From a virus: 64,000 bases of DNA. The translations under genes were made by a program, and so were the position numbers. Shown here in pieces: positions 45,597-55,537 of the stretch. Positions within the stretch are counted from its first letter, which is position 1; the number at the start of each line of letters is the position of its first letter. Below the pieces are notes generated by a model. It was not told the DNA's origin. It saw only the letters and a list, made by a program, of their open reading frames with translations, and did no database searches. The stretch covers positions 1 to 64,000 of the IMG/VR virus record IMGVR_UViG_3300042922_000707. One strand, 5' to 3'.

Positions 45597-47321
45597 CTAG
45601 AAACATATAGATTTGATTTCCCACCCAATTGTTTGATTGCTTGGACTCAAATCCGCATAGCCAGTTATGTTTAAAAGGGTCAACCTTATCTGGTCCGATG
45701 GAAATAGTTTAGTCTGTGTAGTACATTTGATTAACGCAATAAAGCTTGAATTTACGGGCACAGGGTCAGCACTGCTCAAGTATAGTATACTTCCTCCATA
45801 CACTTCCTGAATAGTGTTTTTAAGTGCAAGTCCCGCCTCATAGGTTGGGATTCCCTTTTTATTGAGCTCTGTGCTGTCTGCAAGTCCCTCCGGATTAGCT
45901 TGCTCTAATATGTCGTCATAGCTGAAATCGGAAGTAATGCTCCAACCTGAGCCATCTACTTTCAACATGTTAATGATTGCTCCAATAACATCGTCGTCCA
46001 ATGAGGAATGAATTGATATACGGGCCTCGTTAAATATGCCTCTCATGTCTAAAACTATATTATAGGATTCTCTTGGTTGTAACCATACATCTTTTGTCTT
46101 CCATGTTGCAGTAGCCTGCCCAAAATACCTACCCGTCGACTTTGCTACTATGTTATCTGCATTCACAAAAGCTTCCAACTCTATAGTATCAAAGAATGTT
46201 CCATCGCTTAATTCTGTCTTTATTGCCGTTATTCTGTATATGTCCGAAGCTGTGCTTACCCGCTCACTTAACCTTGCGACATCGCCTATTTGCAGTGCGG
46301 GGTGAGCAACTGCCACTATTGATATTCTACGTGTTACCCTTAACATCATTGCAAAGGCACTCTGTGCCGCAAGTTTTCTTTTCTGTGGTGTGTTTGCCCA
46401 TGGTATCGTAATCTTTGCCGCTCTCGGGAAAGTAGGCCTTAGCCAATCCGCAAACTGCTTATTCTCAAATTCTTCCCATCCTGTGTCAGACGCTATGATT
46501 AAAGTATCTCGTGCATCCTGTGTGTCTATTACAAAATCACCAGAGGATAGATTTAAATAATCCTTAAATACCACAACTGGCTCTGCTGTCCCCGAGGGGT
46601 ATATATTTCTCTCCGCCCTAATTGTACCAATATTAGTAGCATAAATCTTGTATCCGATTGAGTCAGTGAGTTGTTTAATTGCGTCTATATACTTTAGACC
46701 AAGCTCAAAGCTTAGGTCGGATGTTATAGTGTATGCAGAGCCGTCTTCAAACTTTGACTCTTCTACCTCAGCTACAAGCCCTGCCTTATTGATTAGGTCA
46801 GCAATCAATGCACTAATTAATAATGGTGCATCTGGGTCATACTCATAAGTCAATTCCTTTGCATCATCTGGAATAATTTGTTGGTCCAGCAAGTACTTCA
46901 TATTGTCTCTAGCTGTAACCTCAAGCTCTGAATTGTCTGCACTTATTTTTACCTTATCAATCACACCAGTGAAAACATGCAGTCTCTCATCTCCATAGCC
47001 CACCCAAGCCTCTACTTTGTTTTCCGGGTACATTGAGTATTGGTATCCGGAACGCTCCAAGTCTAAATGTGGAAATTTGTCAGGTAGGTAATGAGGACTT
47101 TTTGTGCCGTCCGTATTTTCAATAACAAACGTAATTTCGGATGCAAGTGAATCCTCTCTCCTGTCCCAACCAAATGACTTTACATTTCTCAGTACCCTTG
47201 GTGTGTCATTAAGTACTTGATTATTCCAAACACTTATTTCAATTGTGGGCATTGCTTTGTCCACCTGTAAATGCTCTCTTATATAATCCTTTATAGCTCC
47301 TTCAAAGTGTAACATTACCAA
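45597..47321 (-). CDS. Baseplate hub / Tal-like (XkdQ/gpD-like) protein
   Basis: GYG..VFTGVID..VTARDNMKYL..HPALQIGD; second gene after TMP. Confidence 0.7.
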   Translation of the reverse strand: MVMLHFEGAIKDYIREHLQVDKAMPTIEISVWNNQVLNDTPRVLRNVKSFGWDRREDSLASEITFVIENTDGTKSPHYLPDKFPHLDLERSGYQYSMYPENKVEAWVGYGDERLHVFTGVIDKVKISADNSELEVTARDNMKYLLDQQIIPDDAKELTYEYDPDAPLLISALIADLINKAGLVAEVEESKFEDGSAYTITSDLSFELGLKYIDAIKQLTDSIGYKIYATNIGTIRAERNIYPSGTAEPVVVFKDYLNLSSGDFVIDTQDARDTLIIASDTGWEEFENKQFADWLRPTFPRAAKITIPWANTPQKRKLAAQSAFAMMLRVTRRISIVAVAHPALQIGDVARLSERVSTASDIYRITAIKTELSDGTFFDTIELEAFVNADNIVAKSTGRYFGQATATWKTKDVWLQPRESYNIVLDMRGIFNEARISIHSSLDDDVIGAIINMLKVDGSGWSITSDFSYDDILEQANPEGLADSTELNKKGIPTYEAGLALKNTIQEVYGGSILYLSSADPVPVNSSFIALIKCTTQTKLFPSDQIRLTLLNITGYADLSPSNQTIGWEIKSICF

Positions 47322-48040
47322 CCCACCCCCGCCTGATAAGGTGCATTAAATATGCAGTCAACGTAAAAACAGTCCTCTGAAATCATTGTAACATCCTCAA
47401 CTACTATTACACCCCTATAGAAAATCCCCAATTCATCTTTAACAGCATGCACCTTATAGGCGTTTGCCATAAAATCCAGATACGCATTGGGGCTATTGAA
47501 GTACAGGCTAAATTTACTGGTTGCGTGCCCTCTGCCTGTCTGCTGGAATACACTGAATCCCCTAAGTATCCCATGGGTTGTTGGTGTTGCTTCCTGTCTG
47601 AACGGTATTGGCTTTCTAAATAGGCAGTTTATCTCGTCATACCCAATTATCTTTATCTCACCCAAGCTTGCATCACTTCCACCATCTGACTCAATTTTAA
47701 TGTCTCTCCACCCCGGCAAAGCTTTTATGGATGGTGAAAATTCCCATGCGGCTGGTCCTTCAATTGTATGTAAAACAGCCCCATCAATTGACATCTCAAG
47801 ACTACCGCCCCCCATAATCGCCCTTGTAAATTTGATTTCCGATAATGGATGCATTAGATTTATAGTTTCTCTGGCATACGCACCATTGTTATTCATTCCA
47901 ATAACACTCCAATCAACGCCATTGGCATCGGTGCCCGAAAGTATTAGGGCACCTCCACCAAGAGTTAAACCACTCCAATTGTTATCCGGATAGTATCTTC
48001 TTTCCATTTCCGCCATTCTATATAATCTACGTCTAGCCAT
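47315..48040 (-). CDS. Distal tail (Dit)-like protein
   Basis: Position directly after tape measure. Confidence 0.5.
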   Translation of the reverse strand: MARRRLYRMAEMERRYYPDNNWSGLTLGGGALILSGTDANGVDWSVIGMNNNGAYARETINLMHPLSEIKFTRAIMGGGSLEMSIDGAVLHTIEGPAAWEFSPSIKALPGWRDIKIESDGGSDASLGEIKIIGYDEINCLFRKPIPFRQEATPTTHGILRGFSVFQQTGRGHATSKFSLYFNSPNAYLDFMANAYKVHAVKDELGIFYRGVIVVEDVTMISEDCFYVDCIFNAPYQAGVGW

Positions 48041-50158
48041 CTAGCCTCTCCTCCTTCTGTTGTCTAAAAAGTGTGCAAGTGCATCTTCAGAAGTTTTGAA
48101 TATGTCTTTCCAGTCATCCTCTGTACGAGGTGCCTCTTGTAACTCAAACACGAAGTTTGCACCACTTACTGTAAACCCAGCTGAAGTAGCCATCGTGGAC
48201 GCCCTAAACTGCTTCAATGATGTGGAATTGATAAATGATGGGGTTCCAAAGTCCTGCACCAATTTTGCGGTGTTGTCCTTTATTTCTTCTGTTATATCCT
48301 GAATACGATTTAATATCTCGTATTTTTTGGCTTCCGCTTTTTCCTGTAGCTTACCGGTTGCCGTACTTGCAATAGCTGTAACCTCTTGTAACTTAGCCTT
48401 CAAAACCTCTACAGTGCTCAACATCAATTGTTTCCACATGGTTTTGTTGGTGTCATTGTCATGTAGGTTAGCTTTTCCCTCTGAAATTTGTATCTGATAC
48501 TTGTACTCATCGTCTATAAGGTCAATTGCGTCCTGTGATTTCTTTTTACCACTACCACCCCTTGAGCCAAGTCCCTCAAATTTAGGTACATCGCCTGCTC
48601 CCGGAGCTTCCATGTCCAAAGTTGGCGGGCCTTCTGGTAATGCTACATCCTTCATTGCCTCACTGGCAGTTAATGCCGCATTCCTCAGCTCAGCCATTCT
48701 ATTAATAGTATCATCTATCCCTGTCCTAACTGATGCAAGTGCATCATTAGTAGCTTGAGCCGCAATCTCCATTGCATCCCCTATACCTGGTATCCAAGAA
48801 GTCATCCAGGCAATCATCTGCATAATTAAGTTTATTGCCACCATTATGCCGTAGCCCATCATTTGGAATGCCAACAATACCGCATTGCATCCGTATAGTA
48901 TCCAATTCTTAGCTGAATCCCAATTTTGAACAAGTTTCACAATGGCTAGAATTACCAACCCAATAATTGCAATTATCCAACCAATTCCTACCGCCTTCAG
49001 TGCAACTCCGAATGCCGCCGTGATACCAGTTGCTACAGTTGTGGCACTGCTATAGGCTGTCATCATTCCACTCAAAACAGATATTGCAGTTGCAACACCA
49101 TAGATTATCGGCTCCACTGCCATGGACGCCTTAAATATTAGCCAAGCCTGCACTGCAAACAGAATAGCCTCAGAAATCCAGTACCAGTTGTCCCCAAACC
49201 ATTTAAAGAATCCCGCAAGTTTATTACCCGTTTGTTCTATATCTGCCACAAATTTAGTCAGTTGCTCAAACACCCAAGATAAGGCATCTCCAATACGCTG
49301 TGTCCACACATCTAAAGTGCCATCGTCTCTCAACCTTTGTAGCTCATTAATAAATGTTATTGCGGACTCCTTAGCATTGTCAAGAGACTTAAATCCTATA
49401 TCCCTACCAAACTCGCCCAAGACGTCCTGTATAGTGCTCCAGAGTCCCTTGCCCGTTACTGCTAACTTATCCATCATACCCGGGTACTTGGATTGCATGT
49501 GCGTGGCCAGTGCATTCATTAAGTCATCCAGACTTCCCACGTATGCACCTGCATTATCAAATTCTAGACCCATTGCCTGTAACTGTGTTCTGGTTACAAT
49601 ACTCATCTCGGCGAGCCTCATTAAGCCATAACCAGTATCCCCAGAGGCAATACGCCCTAACCAGAAAGCAACTTCCTCAATCTCTTGCCCAGTTCCTGCC
49701 GCGGCATCACCCGCAACCCTTAGTAATTCTATACTACGAATTCCGTAACTTTCAAGGAGCAAGTCTGCTTTTACTACCTCATCTAATTGGTATGGGGTAA
49801 ATATTGCAAAGTCTCTCATTTCTTGCATACGTTCCTGAGCGGCATCCATAGACTTTAATAAAACGCTGTATCTGAGTAGGTAATTTTCAAACTCTGACGC
49901 ATTGCCTATAGTAAAGTCTATCAACTTTTTACCTGCATACATGCTGAATAGTGAGCCTATTAACATCCTTAGTCCTTCCAACTCACCTCTTGCATTCCTT
50001 ACAGACGAGTTCATCTGTTGGAACATTTGCCTACCCTGCTTGCCTGCCTGGCTACTTACCTTGCCCAAATCCTGTAGCTGTGTCTTTGCCTGACCAATTC
50101 CTTTAGTAAAATTAGTCAAAACTGCCTCAAGAATAACCCTTACTCTGCTATCTGCCAT
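48041..50158 (-). CDS. Tape measure protein (705 aa)
   Basis: FAIFTPYQLDEV..GDAAAG tape-measure domain, hydrophobic central segment, W-periodic repeats. Confidence 0.9.
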   Translation of the reverse strand: MADSRVRVILEAVLTNFTKGIGQAKTQLQDLGKVSSQAGKQGRQMFQQMNSSVRNARGELEGLRMLIGSLFSMYAGKKLIDFTIGNASEFENYLLRYSVLLKSMDAAQERMQEMRDFAIFTPYQLDEVVKADLLLESYGIRSIELLRVAGDAAAGTGQEIEEVAFWLGRIASGDTGYGLMRLAEMSIVTRTQLQAMGLEFDNAGAYVGSLDDLMNALATHMQSKYPGMMDKLAVTGKGLWSTIQDVLGEFGRDIGFKSLDNAKESAITFINELQRLRDDGTLDVWTQRIGDALSWVFEQLTKFVADIEQTGNKLAGFFKWFGDNWYWISEAILFAVQAWLIFKASMAVEPIIYGVATAISVLSGMMTAYSSATTVATGITAAFGVALKAVGIGWIIAIIGLVILAIVKLVQNWDSAKNWILYGCNAVLLAFQMMGYGIMVAINLIMQMIAWMTSWIPGIGDAMEIAAQATNDALASVRTGIDDTINRMAELRNAALTASEAMKDVALPEGPPTLDMEAPGAGDVPKFEGLGSRGGSGKKKSQDAIDLIDDEYKYQIQISEGKANLHDNDTNKTMWKQLMLSTVEVLKAKLQEVTAIASTATGKLQEKAEAKKYEILNRIQDITEEIKDNTAKLVQDFGTPSFINSTSLKQFRASTMATSAGFTVSGANFVFELQEAPRTEDDWKDIFKTSEDALAHFLDNRRRRG

Positions 50159-50170
50159 ACGTTCACCTCC

Positions 50171-50590
50171 TTACTGTAGTCCATTTTGTTGACGCTTGTT
50201 TTTCAACCTATCCAGTTGCTCCAAGCCTGCCTCTCCATCATACATGAGCTTATGTCGCTTTTGCTTTTTGCCCGCCGTCTGTAATTCCTCAAACTTGTCT
50301 TTAAATGAGGAAGCAAGTTCCTCTGGTTTGTCTGCATGAACAATATTCAATAGAGTATAATAGTCCATAAACTTGCTGGAAACTTCGGCAACCGCTCTCC
50401 GTTTTATCAACTTAAAGTACCTAAATATATCATCTATGTCACATTGCCCCAATTGATTGGGCGACCATTTGTATTCATAATATATAGTGTCCTCTACTGT
50501 AGCAAACATACCCAGAACATCAATCTTTCCTTCTTTACCGGTGGCCCCTAGATTGCTTGGTTCTGACGTATGTTGTTCTTGAAAAAACCC
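50171..50590 (-). CDS. Tail assembly chaperone, -1 frameshift extension (gpGT-like)
   Basis: -1 frame is open from the slippery site through ORF 50171..50509. Confidence 0.8.
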   Translation of the reverse strand, partial: GFFQEQHTSEPSNLGATGKEGKIDVLGMFATVEDTIYYEYKWSPNQLGQCDIDDIFRYFKLIKRRAVAEVSSKFMDYYTLLNIVHADKPEELASSFKDKFEELQTAGKKQKRHKLMYDGEAGLEQLDRLKNKRQQNGLQ

Positions 50591-50907
50591 ACTATTACCT
50601 CTTTGTCAATTCCATATAGGTTCAAGAGCTCTTCAAATATTACTATGAAGTCCGTTATGTAAATTTCCTCTATTGTCTCTGTTGTCAAGTCTGTTAACTC
50701 ATACATAACTTGCTCTACTTGTCCTATATTGTCGCCTATGTAGCCAACTATCCCATCAGCTAATTTGCTGTCATCCTCCACATCCAATAATGCAAAAAGT
50801 CCCAAGACTAATCCAGAGAATTTAGAAACAACTTTCTTAAATTTTCCATACTTGAGTACCTTGAGTTCTACATTAATATCATCTAACTCTATCTGCTTTG
50901 TTTTCAT
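50548..50907 (-). CDS. Tail assembly chaperone (gpG-like)
   Basis: Between tail tube and TMP; start moved to ATG 50907 (AGGAGGAG). Confidence 0.8.
   Translation of the reverse strand: MKTKQIELDDINVELKVLKYGKFKKVVSKFSGLVLGLFALLDVEDDSKLADGIVGYIGDNIGQVEQVMYELTDLTTETIEEIYITDFIVIFEELLNLYGIDKEVIVGFFKNNIRQNQAI
50581..50590 (-). promoter_or_regulatory. Programmed -1 frameshift slippery site
   Basis: G GGT TTT TTC: two overlapping X XXY YYZ heptamers in the correct frame. Confidence 0.8.
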
Positions 50908-50978
50908 GCTCGCTCCTCCTAGAATATGCACAATTATTTTATTATAGCAAAGGGGTGCCGTTTCCATGCACGAACACC

Positions 50979-51030
50979 CCTTAATTCTGCCATTACTGCC
51001 CTTTCATACAAGGGGTAATATATTTATACT
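50979..51030 (+). repeat. Dispersed intergenic element copy 4
   Basis: CCTTAATTCTGCCATT..GTAATATATTTATACT. Confidence 0.75.
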
Positions 51031-51048
51031 ACTTGTAAATTTTGCCCA

Positions 51049-51852
51049 CTAGCTTACGGTTACTGTCGTGCTGGTTGTATAACCACCATATGTGGCAGTT
51101 ACAGTCGCTATACCAGCTCCAATACCCTCTCCACTTCCGGCATTACTGATTGTAAGTACAGTCTCCTTGGAAGAAGTCCATACACACTCATCTGTAACGT
51201 CCTCAGTTGTCCCGTCTTCATAAACAGCATTGGCACTGAATGCCTGTGTCTGTGCTACGGTAATTGTAGGGTTACTTGGTGTTAAATAGAAATTAATTAG
51301 TCTCTTCGTTGGGCCTGGCAATACAGCACTTTCATCCCCAATCCTAAACAATTGGTCGCCCAATGGTCTTTCCTCATCTGGATATGCCGCCCACTCACAA
51401 GGCACAACCCACTCAGAATCCAATTTGTACTGAAGATTCAAGTTAGTCTTACTACCCGCCTTGTAAATTATAACATCTCTAGACTTATCATTGAATCCTG
51501 CACTTACAGGATGTATTCTAAGTCTTCCCGCCAATGGTTGCATTCTAAGTCCTGGACGCTGTCCAAACGTTAGTGCCTGTCCATCTGCATCGCTGGCAGT
51601 TGGTGCAACTCTCTTTATTGCAACTAGGCTTGTGTCTACAACGTTTGTCTTGTAGGATGCCTTCTCACCAATTAAAATACTGTCAACAATTGTAGTGCCA
51701 AACTGGTCAATCTCATTTATATCATGCCAGTCAGCCTCATAATTGAACTCTCCACCACCTTTGGTTAAACCCAAGTAGACCTCAACGCCACCTCCTGGTG
51801 GTGTGTAATACAAGTCTGCAACTCCAATGGTAATTTTATCAATTTGTCCCAT
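51049..51852 (-). CDS. Major tail tube protein with C-terminal Ig-like (Big_2) domain
   Basis: LGLTKGG..DQFG; TPSNPTI..YEDGTTEDVT..WTSS..GIATVTATY. Confidence 0.85.
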   Translation of the reverse strand: MGQIDKITIGVADLYYTPPGGGVEVYLGLTKGGGEFNYEADWHDINEIDQFGTTIVDSILIGEKASYKTNVVDTSLVAIKRVAPTASDADGQALTFGQRPGLRMQPLAGRLRIHPVSAGFNDKSRDVIIYKAGSKTNLNLQYKLDSEWVVPCEWAAYPDEERPLGDQLFRIGDESAVLPGPTKRLINFYLTPSNPTITVAQTQAFSANAVYEDGTTEDVTDECVWTSSKETVLTISNAGSGEGIGAGIATVTATYGGYTTSTTVTVS

Positions 51853-52088
51853 TATTTTTTACCTCCCTTCATTAGTATAGCCTGTCTTGCTTCATTGTCC
51901 TTCTTTATTTGCTCTCTAGTCTTTGAAACATCTAGGCTACCATCATTTATATCAACTGCTAAATGGTTGTTTATGAGTTCGTCTGCTACAGCGTCCTCGC
52001 ATACCATAACGTCTCCATTTACATATTGATTGCCATTGTGACTATAATTGCCCTGTGGGCCTAAGCCAGTAAATAATACATTTTTCAT
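51852..52088 (-). CDS. Small tail-region protein
   Basis: Coupled ORF with RBS. Confidence 0.6.
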   Translation of the reverse strand: MKNVLFTGLGPQGNYSHNGNQYVNGDVMVCEDAVADELINNHLAVDINDGSLDVSKTREQIKKDNEARQAILMKGGKK

Positions 52089-52099
52089 TTAATCACCTC

Positions 52100-52606
52100 C
52101 TAGCCTGCAAAGGTACGGAAGAATATGTCGAAATCTATTTGCACAACACATGCAGGTACCTTAATCTGTGCAAATAACTCTGTTGATATATTATCAAATC
52201 GAATTCCACGTACTCTTCTGTATACTACCATTCCACCTGCCTCCGTCTCGGAAGGGTCTATTCTAAATGAGCTTAGGACTGGTGTCGCTCTTAACACGTT
52301 TGCTATGAGCTCAGCTTCCTTTATTTTTGGTAGCATTTCTTCCTGAGTCTCATAAGAATATGGGGCAGTGTAAAGAATTTGGAATGGGTATTGTTCTGCC
52401 TCTATGTCAAGTACTTCATTGGCAGACTCTGTATCTATTTCTATGGGTTCTATAAATACAGCGGGTAGATACTCTTTTATTACTTCCGGTGCAGGAAGAA
52501 GTCTAAATCCGCCTATATTTATGTTCTTTACCGTCAAGGGAAGTTCAGTGTCAAGTACTTCCTTTATTTTCTTAGTTATTTCAGTTGTATAATAAAAATT
52601 CTTCAT
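52100..52606 (-). CDS. Tail terminator-like protein
   Basis: Position; LPAVFIEP. Confidence 0.6.
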   Translation of the reverse strand: MKNFYYTTEITKKIKEVLDTELPLTVKNINIGGFRLLPAPEVIKEYLPAVFIEPIEIDTESANEVLDIEAEQYPFQILYTAPYSYETQEEMLPKIKEAELIANVLRATPVLSSFRIDPSETEAGGMVVYRRVRGIRFDNISTELFAQIKVPACVVQIDFDIFFRTFAG

Positions 52607-53127
52607 TACTCAGCACCTGCCCTCTGAATTTGTGTTACAAAGTTGTTTAAGTGTTTTTGGTAGGGTTGCTCAAGGAACTTAGTAGCCTCAATGCCCACTG
52701 TTATACCTCTAATTGGCTGTCCGGTTATAGTGCTAATGAACTGCTTACCCTTCATTGTTATCAATCCGTGTGACCTTGCCCACCATATTAGGTCCAGCCT
52801 ATCCATACCATTCCTATCCACGAATGGCACATAGTGCCTACGTGTCCCCTCATGTATATAAATCGCATAGTCCACACCGGAAAACACTTCACCCACAATA
52901 TGGTCGCCTGAAGTACTTACTCTATTGAGTATGCTGTTAATTAAACGCCCCTGCCAAATATGCTCTGTACTTCTTATTATTTCCCTTGCATCATCTCTTA
53001 TGTCCCTTGTAACAAGATTCATTATTTGTGTCACACGACGTTTGGTGCTTTCTTCCTTACCAGTTAAGTACTTTACAGCCTGCTCATTCTCTATTATTAT
53101 TCTAAAGCTATCTGCCACTTGTACCAA
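52606..53127 (-). CDS. HK97 gp10-like neck protein
   Basis: GRLINSI..YAIYIHEGT..KFLEQP. Confidence 0.75.
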   Translation of the reverse strand: MVQVADSFRIIIENEQAVKYLTGKEESTKRRVTQIMNLVTRDIRDDAREIIRSTEHIWQGRLINSILNRVSTSGDHIVGEVFSGVDYAIYIHEGTRRHYVPFVDRNGMDRLDLIWWARSHGLITMKGKQFISTITGQPIRGITVGIEATKFLEQPYQKHLNNFVTQIQRAGAE

Positions 53128-53130
53128 CCC

Positions 53131-53412
53131 CTATACATTCTTGTCTTCCAGCTTAAGCTTATACACGTCTCCCATGATAAAAACTTCTTGAACTGTGAAT
53201 TGAGCTCCGGTAGCCTCGTTTGTTATGACGTCACCACGTTTGATTGCAATTTCATCATCTATAGTTATATAACCTATGTCATCACTTGTTATAAGGGCTG
53301 GAATGCCCCTCATGGAACCTTCCTGTGCCTGTTTATATACAGCAGAGCGGTTGCTTACAGTATGCGTGGCGGGTATAATGGTTATGCTTGTATTAAACAA
53401 TTCATGAATCAT
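53131..53412 (-). CDS. Head-closure protein
   Basis: Position; IKRGDVI. Confidence 0.55.
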   Translation of the reverse strand: MIHELFNTSITIIPATHTVSNRSAVYKQAQEGSMRGIPALITSDDIGYITIDDEIAIKRGDVITNEATGAQFTVQEVFIMGDVYKLKLEDKNV

Positions 53413-53759
53413 AGATACCCACCTCTTACTTTTGAGATACCATAGTTCATAGGTGCCCCACCATTTTTAATTCTGTCCTTGTCCAACTTAGCTAGAATTG
53501 TGGCAAGTGCTTTCTCATTCAACTTGTAGGAATAGTCGTCAACTTGTTCACTTTGGTAAGTCCTATCCTTACTCAAATAAAGTATGAGTTCTGTTGATAC
53601 AAGTTTAATCAGTGCATTTGTTGTTTCGTAGGGCTTCAACACATACTCATCAATGATAATGGTTGAGGCTTCCACTAACAATTCTAGTTTGTCATCCGGA
53701 ACTTTGGGCTTTGGTAACTTTGTCAAAGAACGTGCTTCTGTCAACGTTAAATATGCCAT
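53409..53759 (-). CDS. Head-tail adaptor (gp6/YqbG-like)
   Basis: YLTLTE..ASTIIIDEY..SEQVDDYSY. Confidence 0.7.
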   Translation of the reverse strand: MAYLTLTEARSLTKLPKPKVPDDKLELLVEASTIIIDEYVLKPYETTNALIKLVSTELILYLSKDRTYQSEQVDDYSYKLNEKALATILAKLDKDRIKNGGAPMNYGISKVRGGYL

Positions 53760-53763
53760 ATCC

Positions 53764-53931
53764 TCAACCTCCTAATTTAAACCCGTTGTCTAAGATGTAT
53801 TTTACAAGCTCCACCTTAGTTGGGAACTTATCTACTGGAAGTGGTATTTTCTTTTCCACTGCCATTTCAGCAATTTCTTCATAGCTGTGATAACTTACAA
53901 ACTTGGTCAGCATCATCCTAGTATGTGCCAT
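53764..53931 (-). CDS. 55-aa protein paralogous to C-terminus of 53933..54454
   Basis: Hand-translated ..EEIAEMAVEKKIPLPVDKFPTKVELVKYILDNGFKLGG. Confidence 0.65.
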   Translation of the reverse strand: MAHTRMMLTKFVSYHSYEEIAEMAVEKKIPLPVDKFPTKVELVKYILDNGFKLGG

Positions 53932-53932
53932 A

Positions 53933-54454
53933 CTATTCACCTATGTTAAAACCGTTGTCTATAAGGAATTGAAATACGTCTGACTTCTTCTTAAGGAAAT
54001 CCGGAATATCAATTCCGCTCTCACCAGCTTGTTTCATCATTTGCTGTAATGTAGTTTCCTTATAATAAGCTTCCTGCTTTTCTGTTAGCTCCGCATCCGT
54101 GTCTGACTCATCCGGTAGCTTATTTTCTGGGTCTTCATCTTCCGGTAGCTTATCTTCCGGTAGCTTATCTTCTGGGCTTACCTCTTCTGGTAGTTTATCT
54201 TCAGGTGTAGTAGTCTCTTCCTTTTTTACTTCCACAATAGCTGTGTTTTGAGGTGCTCCTTGCCCTTCAATTCTACCCGTGTCGCCCTTTTCCTCGGGCT
54301 CTGTAGCTTTTATAATACGGAGTACAGTGTACCCGTCCTTCGGTAATTGTCTTACTATGTCATCACTCAGTGTCACTTCTTCATTTTTTACTAGCTTCAC
54401 TACACCAGCAATTTCATGGGTTAATGAACCTGTCCATTTTATTATCTTTGGCAT
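53933..54454 (-). CDS. Acidic head-region protein with PEDKL repeats and HeH/Rho-N-like C-terminus
   Basis: PEDKLPE repeats; follows MCP. Confidence 0.65.
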   Translation of the reverse strand: MPKIIKWTGSLTHEIAGVVKLVKNEEVTLSDDIVRQLPKDGYTVLRIIKATEPEEKGDTGRIEGQGAPQNTAIVEVKKEETTTPEDKLPEEVSPEDKLPEDKLPEDEDPENKLPDESDTDAELTEKQEAYYKETTLQQMMKQAGESGIDIPDFLKKKSDVFQFLIDNGFNIGE

Positions 54455-54485
54455 TACTAAACAACTCCTTCCAAATGTGAGTAAA

Positions 54486-54510
54486 GTTTAGGAGGATTTC
54501 CCTCCTAAAC
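54486..54510 (-). terminator. Terminator after major capsid gene
   Basis: GTTTAGGAGG/CCTCCTAAAC stem. Confidence 0.75.
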
Positions 54511-54527
54511 AGTCTCCAATTTTATTC

Positions 54528-55502
54528 TTATGCTAATGCTGGCTTTATGTTATAAACATAACCTGAAGCCTGAATTTCCTCAATTGCTACATCCAACTTC
54601 ATTGTTAACACAATGATATACTGTCTTGCAGTAATGTCCTTGTCAGTCTCAACCTGTATCTTTCTAGAAATACCTGTAATGATATTTTTAGGGTGTATCA
54701 AGATTGATTGTCCAAGACCAGTGATTGGAGCTCCTGCACCTTCACCATCTTCATCATATGATAAGTTACTTGGCATTAATGATACTCTTTGTATTGGCAC
54801 ACCAAGAGCAGAAGTGTTAGTGTTTTCCAGCAAGTATCTATCGCCAACTGCTGTGTTTCTCTGAGCAATTAATTGTCTCCATCTAAGCTCTGTAGTTCTG
54901 TCAGTGTAGAATTTATACTGCTCAGGAACTCTTATAAACTTCTCAGGAACTTTTAAATAAGTCTCTGCCCATAAAGAATCACTAATTGGTTGTGCTTTCC
55001 AGTCCAATGAGTTTCCAGCCTTAACCTGCTTAATTACGCCGTTAAGAAGTGCTAAATAGTCGTCAGTTGCATTTGCTGTGTCGCCATTAATTATAAGCTC
55101 TTCCAAGTCTACAGCGGCTCTTTCAGCAATCAACTGCATAATAGTATCCTTGAATCCTTCTTGCTCAATGTTTGCTTCAATAGTGTCATAAGAAAGTCTA
55201 ATTTCTGCAATAACTTCCTTTGTAGTTAACTGAACTGTACCTGAAGTTGGTTTAGCTCTCTTGTCAGCCGCTAAAGCAGTATTCTCAATACCCCTTCTTA
55301 AAATTCTGTCTGCAAATCCAATCTTCTCAACTTTCATTGAGTCACCTGGGAATGTAATTACACGACAGTCCTTCATAATTGTAGGAGTATCCTGTACCAT
55401 TCTAAGGAATTTGTCTCCTTGCTGTGGGTCTAAGTAACCCCCATTAGTTTTAAGATCTGATAACACTAAGTCCGCTTTTTGAATAATTTCGTTATTTGTC
55501 AT
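54528..55502 (-). CDS. Major capsid protein (XkdG-like, HK97 fold)
   Basis: GGYLDPQQ..IEANIE..AAVDLEELIINGD..HPKNI; start moved to ATG 55502. Confidence 0.9.
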   Translation of the reverse strand: MTNNEIIQKADLVLSDLKTNGGYLDPQQGDKFLRMVQDTPTIMKDCRVITFPGDSMKVEKIGFADRILRRGIENTALAADKRAKPTSGTVQLTTKEVIAEIRLSYDTIEANIEQEGFKDTIMQLIAERAAVDLEELIINGDTANATDDYLALLNGVIKQVKAGNSLDWKAQPISDSLWAETYLKVPEKFIRVPEQYKFYTDRTTELRWRQLIAQRNTAVGDRYLLENTNTSALGVPIQRVSLMPSNLSYDEDGEGAGAPITGLGQSILIHPKNIITGISRKIQVETDKDITARQYIIVLTMKLDVAIEEIQASGYVYNIKPALA

Positions 55503-55537
55503 TATAAATTCCTCCATTCTATCCTATGATTTTTTTT

